64,000 bases of DNA from Candidatus Poribacteria bacterium (GTDB taxonomy: Bacteria; Poribacteria; WGA-4E; WGA-3G): positions 992,001-1,056,000 of the forward strand of contig OZ244048.1 in NCBI GenBank assembly GCA_965215265.1, written 5' to 3'. The notes under the pieces are model-generated. The model worked only from the letters and a program-made list of their open reading frames with translations, was not told the origin of the DNA and made no database searches. Positions within the stretch are counted from its first letter, which is position 1; each line of letters opens with the position of its first letter. Shown piece by piece: positions 28,411 through 38,545 of this stretch. Both the position numbers and the translations under genes were made by a program.

Positions 28411-31400
28411 ATGGACATACTTCGTGAACTTAATAAAAAACAGAAACAGGCAGTAACCCATAAGGACGGTCCGCTGCTGGTCATCGCCGGGCCTGGGACA
28501 GGCAAAACAAAAGTCATTACACACCGAATCGCGTATCTAATTCGCCAATGTGCAGTCAAACCCGCGAATATTCTCGCCATTACGTTTACCAATAAAGCAG
28601 CACAGGAAATGCAGGAGCGAGTAAACTCAGAAATTGGTGAACCGCACGCCTCCAATGTGCAGGTTTGCACGTTCCACAGTTTTTGCGTAAGACTCCTACG
28701 CGAACATGCTTCTGAAATCAACCTCAGTGAAAACTTCACGATCTTCGACCAAGAAATACAAGATGAACTCTTAACTGAAGCCGTTCGAGAACTGAATCTC
28801 AGTGCTTACGACTACCCACCGTGGTTGCTACGGAACATCATCAGCGATGCCAAGGCAACCTTACAAGTGCCAACCGAAGTTACGAATATAGAACGAAGTT
28901 TGCAAGCCCAAATCGCTATAACAGACCGGTGGAACGGTGCCAGCCTTGATATGTCGACCCGGGTGACGGATATTAGCAGTGTAATTCAGATATATTGCGA
29001 TAAACTTGCCGTGCACAACGCACTTGATTTCGACGATCTGCTGGTGAAAACAGTTTTTCTCCTTGAGCGAGTTCCGGCTGTGCCGGAAATCTATCAGGAA
29101 GCCATCCGCTATATTCTTGTTGACGAATACCATGATGTGAACAGTGTCCAGTATAACCTGTTGGAATTGTTGTGTCCCCCACCAACCGGAAATTTGATGG
29201 TAGTTGCTGATGAAGACCAGGCAATCTATAGCTGGCGCGGTTCAAACCCACAGTATGTGGAACGTTTCAAACTAGCGTTCACGCCACAAATTGTCGAACT
29301 TGATGACCATTACCGATGCAGCGAAAAAATCTTGCGGGCAGCAGAGGAAGTCATAGCCAAGAACGCTGAGCGCGAGAATCGCCACACTCTCAAAACGCAC
29401 AAAGACACCGGACGTGACATATTCCATTACACTTTCCGGGATGCAACAGAGGAAGCACAGGGCATCATTCGGGTTATCCGCAAACTGATAACCCAGCGGA
29501 ACTACTCCTATCGCGATATTGCGGTTTTCTATAGAACACATCGACTCGCAGATGTGTTGGAGGAACAATTACGACAAGAGAAAATTGAATACCAACGCAT
29601 CCGGTCCAAGAACACATTTCAGAAAAAGGACAGCAGTGCAATCCTTTCTTACCTCAATTTTGTACAGTGGCAAATTGCCCGTGATCTGGAACTCGCAATC
29701 AATTTCCCAGAAAAACGGATTGATGACTTAACGTGGGTGCGGCTTAAGTGGCTTGCCCAGCGGAAAGAGATTGGGCTGATCCAACTCTTAGAGAACATTG
29801 AAGACTATCAGCAAGATGTCGGTCCTTTGACACGGAAGAATATCAGCCAATTCTGGTTAGATATAGGAGAACTGAGAACTTACGCACGTGCACAAGGCAG
29901 AGAAAACATCACAAAAATCGTCCGAAAACTGTTTGATATATTGGAACTTGGACGTTCACCCTATCGTAATGAGGAACTAGAACTAATTGAGAAGCAACCG
30001 GATGCCCCGCACTTGTCGATCGGACGTGATGTGCTTTATAGGGCAATTGACGGTAACGAGAAAATTCAGATTACCGCTTGTTACGGGATTGATGAGTATT
30101 GCGCAGCGCACATCATCCATCAAGCCCTAGAAACTTACCTGAATCGGACGGTTGATGTCCAATTTCTCCCAGAGGGTGGCGGTACACCGCAATCGATAGA
30201 ACACGGCGTACATATCCTGATTGGGGATTTTGCCGAATTGAATAAACCAGAAACAGCGTCACATGTTCTTCTCATTGGTACCGTCAATAGCCCTCTGCCC
30301 GAGCAATCTTCGAAAGCGGAAGCCGAGACTGCCCGGTTTGTGCAATTGAACGCAGTCTCTCAAATTAGGAGCCTGACCGCACTTAAACTATGTCAACGTC
30401 TCGTAGGCCGTTTTGAAACCCCTAATATGGCGGAGATGGTTATCTACGACTTGGAGACGACCGGCGTTAACCCGAAGAATGCGAACATCGTTGAACTTGC
30501 TGCACGGCGGCTCAGCGTCCTAGGCGATGAAGTCGAACGATTTTATCGTTTAGTGAAGCCGCCCGGAGGATATATCCCTAAGGCGAGTACCCGCATCCAC
30601 GGAATTGATGAGCACACAGTGAAAGATGCCCCAAGTATTGAGACGGTCCTCCCTGAGTTCTCTGGGTTCATCCAGGACCGGATTTTGATCGGACATAACG
30701 TGGCGGAATTTGATAATCTTATCCTTGATAGGACGCTGCAGACATACTTAAAACAGCGGCTCCAAAATCCGCATTACGATACCTTGGCCACTGCACGAAA
30801 ACTCTATCCGCGCCAACGGTGCAGCCTTGCAGCACTCGCAGAGAAATTTGGAATTGCGTGCAGCAGCTTTCATAATGCCCTACAAGATGTAGAAACCAAC
30901 CAAAAAATCTTTAAACAACTCATCGCGGTGGACTCTCAAAAACGGATGGTGAAATCTTTAACGGAATTTCTACCGTTTGTCGGGCTTGGGGCACTTTCAA
31001 AAGTGAATTTCCAAAACGATACCACCAGCAAGACGTTGACAGAAGTTGAGGCGTTTTTGAATGCAGCGAAACGTTTGGCACGAACGCACGATTCGCTAAA
31101 ACATGTCGCCGAACTGCTACCGTTGGAATCCACCGAAAAGGAACGCGTCTCTGCGTTTATCGAAGAATTGTCCAAGGAAGATGTGACATCGACGCATGAA
31201 GATACAGTCTGGCAACAGTTGCGTGCACAGTTCATGAATGCCGTCCTCCATTTTGAAAGCCAGAACGCTACACCCTTATCGCAACAAGCAGCAATAGATG
31301 AACATCGACTGATAAACTTCTTGGATTACCTAAAATTGATGACAAGCAGCGACGAAAAAGACGAGGGACGTGAGCAACTAACACTCATGACACTTCATGC

Positions 31401-31656
31401 AGCAAAAGGAACAGAGTTTCCCGTTGTCATCATCGTCGGTATGGAGGAGGGCAGTTTTCCCATGTGGAAACAGAACATGACAGCAGAGGAAATTGAGGAA
31501 GAGCGACGGCTATTCTACGTAGGCATGACGCGCGCACAACAGCAACTCTATCTTACCTCTACTGTGTATCGTTTTGATGACCGGGAACGTTTGTCGTCCA
31601 GGTTTATCCGTGAACTCCCTTCTAACTCTATTAACAAGTGGTCATCAATTATATAA
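28411..31656 (+). CDS. UvrD/PcrA helicase with inserted DEDDh (DnaQ-like) exonuclease
   Basis: AGPGTGKT, TFTNKAA, DEYHD, LHAAKGTEF, EERRLFYVGMTRA; exonuclease DLETTG, GHNVAEFD, HNALQD; RBS ggagg before ATG 28411. Confidence 0.9.
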   Translation: MDILRELNKKQKQAVTHKDGPLLVIAGPGTGKTKVITHRIAYLIRQCAVKPANILAITFTNKAAQEMQERVNSEIGEPHASNVQVCTFHSFCVRLLREHASEINLSENFTIFDQEIQDELLTEAVRELNLSAYDYPPWLLRNIISDAKATLQVPTEVTNIERSLQAQIAITDRWNGASLDMSTRVTDISSVIQIYCDKLAVHNALDFDDLLVKTVFLLERVPAVPEIYQEAIRYILVDEYHDVNSVQYNLLELLCPPPTGNLMVVADEDQAIYSWRGSNPQYVERFKLAFTPQIVELDDHYRCSEKILRAAEEVIAKNAERENRHTLKTHKDTGRDIFHYTFRDATEEAQGIIRVIRKLITQRNYSYRDIAVFYRTHRLADVLEEQLRQEKIEYQRIRSKNTFQKKDSSAILSYLNFVQWQIARDLELAINFPEKRIDDLTWVRLKWLAQRKEIGLIQLLENIEDYQQDVGPLTRKNISQFWLDIGELRTYARAQGRENITKIVRKLFDILELGRSPYRNEELELIEKQPDAPHLSIGRDVLYRAIDGNEKIQITACYGIDEYCAAHIIHQALETYLNRTVDVQFLPEGGGTPQSIEHGVHILIGDFAELNKPETASHVLLIGTVNSPLPEQSSKAEAETARFVQLNAVSQIRSLTALKLCQRLVGRFETPNMAEMVIYDLETTGVNPKNANIVELAARRLSVLGDEVERFYRLVKPPGGYIPKASTRIHGIDEHTVKDAPSIETVLPEFSGFIQDRILIGHNVAEFDNLILDRTLQTYLKQRLQNPHYDTLATARKLYPRQRCSLAALAEKFGIACSSFHNALQDVETNQKIFKQLIAVDSQKRMVKSLTEFLPFVGLGALSKVNFQNDTTSKTLTEVEAFLNAAKRLARTHDSLKHVAELLPLESTEKERVSAFIEELSKEDVTSTHEDTVWQQLRAQFMNAVLHFESQNATPLSQQAAIDEHRLINFLDYLKLMTSSDEKDEGREQLTLMTLHAAKGTEFPVVIIVGMEEGSFPMWKQNMTAEEIEEERRLFYVGMTRAQQQLYLTSTVYRFDDRERLSSRFIRELPSNSINKWSSII

Positions 31657-31876
31657 TGAAGAACATTCATATTCTCATTATCTTCATCGTCTGCTGTGGG
31701 GGTTGCTAAAATTATATTCGCGAAAACGCGACATGAGTTCACAGACAATTTCATTGTCAATGCATATAAGGAAATTGCAACTACCTTCACTTTTACACAT
31801 CCGTCTTTTTTTCGAGAAAAATATAGGAAAATACGCCTTTAAACCTATACTATAACTGGGTTCTCAAGCATTTTAA

Positions 31877-31929
31877 AAAAGTTACCAAAAACAGAAAAAA
31901 GTTACCGTACGGTAACTTTTGGTAACTTT
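31877..31929. repeat. Nested palindrome with four GTTACC/GGTAAC boxes
   Basis: Perfect aaaagttaccgtacggtaactttt at 31897-31920 plus flanking aaaagttacc and ggtaacttt. Confidence 0.85.
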
Positions 31930-32091
31930 ACTCGGAGGGAATGACTCCTGAAATTACCAGCAAAACACAAACGATTCGCCGCTCCGATTCGTCCCTGCTT
32001 GCGGTGGTTAGGGCAGGATTGCCAAGCAGGGCAGGGGGCATCCCCTCTTATCCAGCAAATCTATAAATCCTGATTCAGACAACCAAAGGAG

Positions 32092-33267
32092 ATGCCAATG
32101 CAAAACAACGAAGTTCTTGTTGAAGATTACATCCAGACAATCCGGCAAAAGCATCAGATAAAACGTTCTAAGTGGTTACCCCACGGCACTGTTCCGGTTA
32201 TTAGCCAAGGTCGTGAGTTTATTTCGGGTTACATAAATGACACAGAAGGGATTTATGATGGCGATTTACCAGTGATTGTGTTTGGTGAGCATACTTGTAC
32301 CTTAAAATATGTGGATTTTCTATTCGCAATAGGGGCGAATGGGACTCGATTGATACGACCAAAGACTTCAGACTTCGACATCCGTTACCTCTATTATTCA
32401 TTACGAAACTTGCCTTTAGAACCCTACGGTTACCAAGCACATTTTAAGTATTTGAAAACCTCCAAAATTTCGTGTCCTCCGATGCCTGTCCAACATAAAA
32501 TCGCCGCAATCCTCGGTAACTACGACGACCTCATCGCAAACAACATCCGCCGCATCGACATCCTTGAGGAGATGGCACGAATCCTCTACCGAGAATGGTT
32601 CGTCCGCTTCCGATTCCCCGGACATGAGAATGTGAAAATGGTAGACTCGGAATTGGGAAGGATACCACAAGGATGGGAGATAAGAGAACTTGGAGATTTA
32701 GCGGCATCTATTAGGCAACATGTAAAACCGAGTCAGGCTGACCCGAGGACACCCTATTTAGATCTAAGCCATTTCCCCAGAAAATCAATTGCTCTCTCAA
32801 AGTGGGATGTCGTTGATGGCGTTAAAAGTACATCATTGCGATTTAAGAAGGGCGAGATTCTTTTCGGAAAGATTCGCCCGTATTTTCACAAAGTCGGTGT
32901 TGCTCCACTAGATGGTATTTGTTCGCCAAGCACAATCGTGATCCGTTCCCTAAAAAATGAATGGTTTTCAATCGTTCTTGCCTCTGTTTCTAGTGCACAC
33001 TTTATTGATTATGCCACAACTGTTTCACAAGGCGGAACGATGCCAAGTGTTGATTGGAAAGTTCTCGTAAAATATCCTATTGTCATTCCGCCTCTCCAAC
33101 TAGCTCGGCAGTTCAACAAACTCGTCCAAGATAAAGTTGACAACATTCATAATCTAATTTTTCGAAACAGAAACCTCCGCCAAACCCGTGATCTCCTCCT
33201 CCCCAGACTCATCTCCGGGGAGATTAACGTATCCGAACTGGATATTAAGACGAATGGCATCCAATAG
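32092..33267 (+). CDS. hsdS: Type I restriction-modification specificity subunit (orphan)
   Basis: Two TRDs with conserved Q.KIAAIL..YDDLI.NN.RRI..LEEMA..LYREWFV.FRFPG, IP.GW, LRQTRDLLLPRLISGE. Confidence 0.9.
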   Translation: MPMQNNEVLVEDYIQTIRQKHQIKRSKWLPHGTVPVISQGREFISGYINDTEGIYDGDLPVIVFGEHTCTLKYVDFLFAIGANGTRLIRPKTSDFDIRYLYYSLRNLPLEPYGYQAHFKYLKTSKISCPPMPVQHKIAAILGNYDDLIANNIRRIDILEEMARILYREWFVRFRFPGHENVKMVDSELGRIPQGWEIRELGDLAASIRQHVKPSQADPRTPYLDLSHFPRKSIALSKWDVVDGVKSTSLRFKKGEILFGKIRPYFHKVGVAPLDGICSPSTIVIRSLKNEWFSIVLASVSSAHFIDYATTVSQGGTMPSVDWKVLVKYPIVIPPLQLARQFNKLVQDKVDNIHNLIFRNRNLRQTRDLLLPRLISGEINVSELDIKTNGIQ

Positions 33268-33426
33268 ACCGCAGATGAGACAGACATCCCATCTTTATAG
33301 CAACTTTGAAAAAAGAAAAGTTTTCTATTTTCAACGCTCTGCTCCGAAGTTAGAAAACCTCTATCTTCTTACTTTAATATTAGTTGACAGAAGACTAAAC
33401 AGGCCTCTATTCAAAATAAGTTTCAC

Positions 33427-33456
33427 TTGTCAGAAACCTTGTAATTGTGGTATAAT
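33427..33456 (+). promoter_or_regulatory. sigma70-type promoter
   Basis: TTGTCA-18-TATAAT with extended TG, upstream of the sulfatase. Confidence 0.5.
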
Positions 33457-33648
33457 ATTTATCCAACAGAAGGGTTGAGGATGTTTTTCCAGACTTTCGG
33501 TGCAGAATACCAGAAACGACAGAGATGCGTCAGTTTCAGACAATAATTTGTAAGCCCATTTTCGTCCGGCAAGCTCACCTCACCGGCTGCCCGTTCGCAC
33601 AAAAAGAGACACATTAACGTCAATTGGGATTATAGAGAGGAGGCAAAA

Positions 33649-35046
33649 TTGAGCAGACCCAATATTTTATTTATTATGTCCGACGACCACGCGGCACATG
33701 CGATGAGTTGCTACGGGAGCCGTATCAACAAAACTCCGAACTTGGACCGGATTGCAAATGGCGGCATGATTCTCCACAACTGTTTCTGTGTCAACTCCAT
33801 TTGCACGCCCAGTCGCGCTAACATTCTGACAGGGAAGCATAGTCACCTGAACGGTGTCAAAACTTTGGCTGACAATATTGACGGCAGAAAGCCAAACGTT
33901 GCAAAAATGCTTCAAGCTGCGGGCTATCAAACAGCGATGGTAGGGAAGTGGCATCTCGGGCACGGTGGTGTCTCTGACCCGACAGGTTTCGACTATTGGA
34001 ACGTTTTACCCGGACAAGGACTCTATCACGACCCAGTGATGCTTGAACCGGATGGGAAGAAAACGCATAAAGGTTACACCACGGATATCATCACGGATTT
34101 CTCTCTGGAATGGCTGCAGCATCGAGACAGACAGAAGCCGTTTTTCATGATGTGTCACCACAAAGCACCGCACCGCCCCTGGGATTCAGATGAAAAGCAC
34201 GCACAGATGTTTGAAGACCACGATGTCCCGCTACCTGATACCTTCTTTGACGATTACGCAAATCGGGCAAATGCCGCGAAGGAAGCGAAAATGCGGGTCT
34301 TCGGGGATATGAATGAGAGAGATCTGAAGATTGACAAACTTGGACCGCCACCCGACGGTTTATCAGAGGAAGAATTGGCGAACTGGCATTACCAACGTTA
34401 TATCAAGGAATATCTCCGTTGCGTCGCCTCCATTGATGATAATGTCGGAAGAATGCTTGACTATCTCGAGGCTGATGGAGTTGCAGACGATACTATAGTG
34501 ATTTATACCTCCGACCAAGGGTTCTTTTTGGGGGACCACGGCTGGTACGATAAGCGGTTCATGTACGAAGAATCGCTGCGGATGCCGTTTATTGTTCAAT
34601 ATCCGAGAGAAATTCAGCCCAGGAGTTCGTGCGACGCGATGGCATTGAACATTGACTTCGCTGAGACGTGGCTTGATTATGCAGAATGCCCGATTCCAGA
34701 CGATATGCAAGGACGCAGCCTCCGTCCTCTGTTTAACGGCAAAACACCTAACGATTGGCGTACGTCAATGTATTATCGTTACTGGATGCATCTCTCCCAC
34801 CACTACGTTGCAGCACATTACGGGATCCGGACCGAGCGATACAAACTAATTTACTACTACGGCGAGGCACTCGGTACATCCGGATCGGTTGATGAGTCCA
34901 AACCACCGGAATGGGAACTTTTCGACCTGCAGAAGGACCCGCATGAAATGCACAGCGTTTACCACGACACCGCATACGCGGACATTGTCAAGGAATTAAA
35001 AACAGAGTTGTACCGGCTGAAGGCAGAAGCACAGGATGAGGAGTGA
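33649..35046 (+). CDS. Cys-type sulfatase (S1 family)
   Basis: PNILFIMSDDH, CTPSR..ILTG, GKWHLG, YTSDQG, DKRFMYEES. Confidence 0.92.
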   Translation: MSRPNILFIMSDDHAAHAMSCYGSRINKTPNLDRIANGGMILHNCFCVNSICTPSRANILTGKHSHLNGVKTLADNIDGRKPNVAKMLQAAGYQTAMVGKWHLGHGGVSDPTGFDYWNVLPGQGLYHDPVMLEPDGKKTHKGYTTDIITDFSLEWLQHRDRQKPFFMMCHHKAPHRPWDSDEKHAQMFEDHDVPLPDTFFDDYANRANAAKEAKMRVFGDMNERDLKIDKLGPPPDGLSEEELANWHYQRYIKEYLRCVASIDDNVGRMLDYLEADGVADDTIVIYTSDQGFFLGDHGWYDKRFMYEESLRMPFIVQYPREIQPRSSCDAMALNIDFAETWLDYAECPIPDDMQGRSLRPLFNGKTPNDWRTSMYYRYWMHLSHHYVAAHYGIRTERYKLIYYYGEALGTSGSVDESKPPEWELFDLQKDPHEMHSVYHDTAYADIVKELKTELYRLKAEAQDEE

Positions 35047-35168
35047 GGATGGCACCCTTCACTAACAGCCCGCGAAGCAGAGCAAAATGTCTCTATTTTA
35101 GAGACAACTCTAGGAAACCAGCAATCTACTGATGAACTTTATGTAAGTCCTATAAACGGAGGCATAAG

Positions 35169-36185
35169 ATGGAAAAACTGAATCCATTGGAGAACATTGA
35201 GCCCGGGATTAAGGTTACCGCGCAGATGTCCCCGGAACCGAGCGACGCAGATTTGCAATTTGTCAAACAGATGGACGTTGAATATGTCGTTCTCTGGACG
35301 AACGGTGAAAATGCAAATTACGACTATTTTATGAGTCGACGCGAGATTTTCGAGAACGCAGGGCTGAAAATCTACGGATTCGGCAACAGTGATGTTCACA
35401 ATCAGGACGGAATTGTACTCAATCTGGAAAACCGGGACGCGAAGGTCGAACAGTACAAACGGTACATCCGCGATTTAGGTAGAGCCGGCATCCCTTACAC
35501 GACGTACGCCCACATGGGCAACGGTATTTGGAGCACCGAGCGCGAAACAACTCGCGGCGGCGCAAGCGCAAGGGCATTCAACCTAGACACCGCACAAGAA
35601 GGATACTGGGGCGGGAAAACCTATCCCATGCCGTTCTCACACGGACGAGAATACAGCGAGGAAGAGCTGTGGGACAACTATACCTACTTCATCAAGCAAG
35701 CCGCACCTGTCGCTGAGGAGGCAGGCGTTATGATAGGCATCCACCCGGATGACCCGCCGTCTGTAAAACTCGCAGGAATTCCGAGATGCATCTTTAGTAG
35801 TTTTGACGGATACAAACGGGCACTTGAAATCGCGGATAGTCCAAATGTCGGAATGTGCTTCTGCGTCGGGTGTTGGTTAGAAGGCGGAGAATTGATGGGC
35901 AGAGATGTGCTTGAGTCCATTCGATACTTCGGTGAACGTGGCAAGATCTTCAAAGTGCATTTCCGCAACGTCGATCAGCCACTACCACACTTCGTCGAAA
36001 CGTTTGTCGACAACGGGTATCAGGATATGTATCAAGTCGCAAAAGTACTCCGCGAGGTTAACTTCAACGGTGTGATGATTCCGGACCACATTCCACAGAT
36101 GGCCGGAGACCATCGCGTGGGAACGGCGTATACAATTGCATACATGAATGCCCTGGTAAAGCGCGCAAACGAGGAAGTGCAATAG
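35169..36185 (+). CDS. uxuA: Mannonate dehydratase family protein
   Basis: LWDNY.YF, PVAEEAGV.IGIHPDDPP, VHFRNV, F.ETF.D.G, PDH.P. Confidence 0.8.
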   Translation: MEKLNPLENIEPGIKVTAQMSPEPSDADLQFVKQMDVEYVVLWTNGENANYDYFMSRREIFENAGLKIYGFGNSDVHNQDGIVLNLENRDAKVEQYKRYIRDLGRAGIPYTTYAHMGNGIWSTERETTRGGASARAFNLDTAQEGYWGGKTYPMPFSHGREYSEEELWDNYTYFIKQAAPVAEEAGVMIGIHPDDPPSVKLAGIPRCIFSSFDGYKRALEIADSPNVGMCFCVGCWLEGGELMGRDVLESIRYFGERGKIFKVHFRNVDQPLPHFVETFVDNGYQDMYQVAKVLREVNFNGVMIPDHIPQMAGDHRVGTAYTIAYMNALVKRANEEVQ

Positions 36186-36277
36186 CCACTCGTGCCTACA
36201 AAGTGGAGCCGCCTAACCAAATTCCGGGCAATAGCCGCTTTCACGACAGTTAGGAAAGGATTTTTTACCAATTGACT

Positions 36278-36856
36278 ATGGATTTACAACAGATTAACAT
36301 CAAGGTTTTTGCAACCGAAGATAGCCGTATCAACTACACCCACTTCATCAAGGTCTTCAACCGATGGATGGATGAAGGTGAACAAGACGATTACCTTAAT
36401 TATGCCGATTACTCGCACGTTGATGCGGGGCCAGGCGTGCTGCTGATTTCCAAGCGTGCGAATTATAGCATCGATAACGCCTGGCATCAGCCCGGTTTCC
36501 TCTATAACCGGAAGCACAACGTAGATGGCGATAATTCTGAAAAGATTCGCCAAGCCCTTACGAAAGTACTCACCAAATGCAAACAGCTTGAGGCATCTGC
36601 CGAGTTGGAAGATGCAGTACATTTCAACGGCATGGACATCCTATTTATGGTGAACAACCGGCGCATCGCACCTAATACACCAGAGACAGCCGGGGCAATT
36701 CAGACAGCCCTTACCCCAGTGCTACAGCAGATGTACGGTAGTGACGATTTCACAGTCGAACGGACTTCAGAGGATGCACGGGAAAGATTCGCGCTTCGGA
36801 TTTCTGCCAACTGCAATAAATCGATTTCGGAACTTCTCTCGAATTTGGGGGGTTGA
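36278..36856 (+). CDS. Hypothetical protein
   Basis: Clean ORF abutting moeB; ADYSHV..GPGVLL motif. Confidence 0.7.
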   Translation: MDLQQINIKVFATEDSRINYTHFIKVFNRWMDEGEQDDYLNYADYSHVDAGPGVLLISKRANYSIDNAWHQPGFLYNRKHNVDGDNSEKIRQALTKVLTKCKQLEASAELEDAVHFNGMDILFMVNNRRIAPNTPETAGAIQTALTPVLQQMYGSDDFTVERTSEDARERFALRISANCNKSISELLSNLGG

Positions 36857-36857
36857 G

Positions 36858-37664
36858 ATGTTTAATTTCACCAATGAACAAATTGAGCGGTACAGCCGGC
36901 ATATTATTCTGAAAGAAGTCGGGGGGATGGGGCAGACACGGCTGCTTGAATCAAAAGTGCTACTCATTGGCGCGGGCGGACTCGGTTCACCGGTGGGAGC
37001 CTACCTCGCTGCAGCAGGTGTTGGGACACTCGGCATTATCGACGACGATGTGGTTGATTTAAGCAATTTGCAGCGTCAAATTTTGCACGGGACTAGCGAC
37101 ATCGGTACCCCTAAAACCAAATCGGCGGCAGCCACTATCACTGAAATGAATCCGGATGTAAAGGTAATACCGTACAATGAACGAATCAACTCAGAAAACG
37201 CCTTTCGCATCCTGGAACAATACGAGCTAATTGTGGATGGGTGTGACAATTTACCGACACGGTATCTGCTCAACGATGCCTCGGTTATGCTGGGAAAACC
37301 GATTGTGCATGGCAGCATCTTCCAATTTGAGGGACAGGTGACCGTTTTTTATCCGGGCAAGGGACCTTGTTATCGATGCCTTTATCCGGAACCGCCCCCG
37401 CCCGGGATGGTGCCGAGTTGTCAAGAAGCCGGTGTCTTCGGCGTGCTGCCCGGGATTATCGGCACGATTCAAGCCGTTGAAGCGATTAAGATTCTGTTAG
37501 ACATCGGAGACGCTTTAATTGGCAGCTTGTTGCTTTTTAATGCGTTAACGATGGATTTCAAAAGATTAAAGCTACGTCAGGATGAAAAGTGCCCGATGTG
37601 TGGCGAGAATCCGAGTATCCACGAGTTAATCGATTACGAGGAATTCTGTCAGGTCCGGTGGTAA
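36858..37664 (+). CDS. moeB: MoeB/ThiF-family adenylyltransferase
   Basis: RYSRHIIL, GAGGLGSP, DLSNLQRQ, DGCDN, PCYRC, SCQEAGV, CPMC. Confidence 0.88.
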   Translation: MFNFTNEQIERYSRHIILKEVGGMGQTRLLESKVLLIGAGGLGSPVGAYLAAAGVGTLGIIDDDVVDLSNLQRQILHGTSDIGTPKTKSAAATITEMNPDVKVIPYNERINSENAFRILEQYELIVDGCDNLPTRYLLNDASVMLGKPIVHGSIFQFEGQVTVFYPGKGPCYRCLYPEPPPPGMVPSCQEAGVFGVLPGIIGTIQAVEAIKILLDIGDALIGSLLLFNALTMDFKRLKLRQDEKCPMCGENPSIHELIDYEEFCQVRW

Positions 37665-37720
37665 CGAAGCCCGCGGAAACAGTTAGTGGCTCGACGATTT
37701 GGCGGCGTTTTATGCCTCTG

Positions 37721-38482
37721 TTACACCAAAACTCCTCGCCGGATAGACGAATCAATGAACAGCGAGTCTCCACCGTCAATGGTTAATTCCAACCCTGTCA
37801 CCCATGCCGCCTCGTCGGAGCAGAGCCACAGTGCAGCGTAAGCGACATCAATCGGATTGCCGAGTCGTTCTAACCGGGGCGCGCAGGGCACGATTGGCCC
37901 TTCTGGCAGCGGCTCCCAAATAATGCCTGGACATAATGCATGCACGCGGATGTTCTTCTCGTACAGTTCTTTCGCCAAGTTCTTCGCGGCCGCAACCATC
38001 CCAGCTTTCGCAGCAGCATAAGCCGTATTCGCATCTTGCCGGACGCGTTCGCCGGCTGATATCGTAATAAGGCATCCACAGCCTTGTTCTTCTAAAATCG
38101 GAATAACTCTCTGCACAAGGTTGAAAAAGGTTCGCAAATTGTTTTTTAATGCTCCATCCCAATACGTCGGTTCCATCGCAACAATATCGTGCGCGGTAGA
38201 AAAAAAACCGCCAGCGGCGTGGATAATACAGTCAATACCCCCAAACTCAGCCACCGCTGCATTGATGAGAGTATCTACCTGTACCGTGTCCGCCAAATCG
38301 GTTTGATGTGTGAGGACGGCTCCACCGTTGGCACGAATTTGCGCCGCCGTTTCTTCCATCGCCCTTGTTGTGCGTGCTGCGAGCACGATGTTGGCACCCT
38401 CCTGTGCAAACAGGAGTGCTGCAGCTCGGCTCATATTTGAGCCAGCCCCGCCGATTAATGCAACCTTCTCTTTCAAACGCAT
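37721..38482 (-). CDS. Short-chain dehydrogenase/reductase
   Basis: KVALIGGAGSNMS, YAAAK, NIRVHALCPG, VTGLELTIDGG. Confidence 0.85.
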   Translation of the reverse strand: MRLKEKVALIGGAGSNMSRAAALLFAQEGANIVLAARTTRAMEETAAQIRANGGAVLTHQTDLADTVQVDTLINAAVAEFGGIDCIIHAAGGFFSTAHDIVAMEPTYWDGALKNNLRTFFNLVQRVIPILEEQGCGCLITISAGERVRQDANTAYAAAKAGMVAAAKNLAKELYEKNIRVHALCPGIIWEPLPEGPIVPCAPRLERLGNPIDVAYAALWLCSDEAAWVTGLELTIDGGDSLFIDSSIRRGVLV

Positions 38483-38545
38483 GTTTTGATGTTCCTTTGA
38501 CGTTATCATACAAAATGAACTGGAACAAGCGAATATTCTGCGGCC

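Noticed and set aside
31656-31709. Short ORF MKNIHILIIFIVCCGGC coupled to the helicase stop
   Set aside because: It looks like a truncated lipoprotein signal, but it is too short to call.
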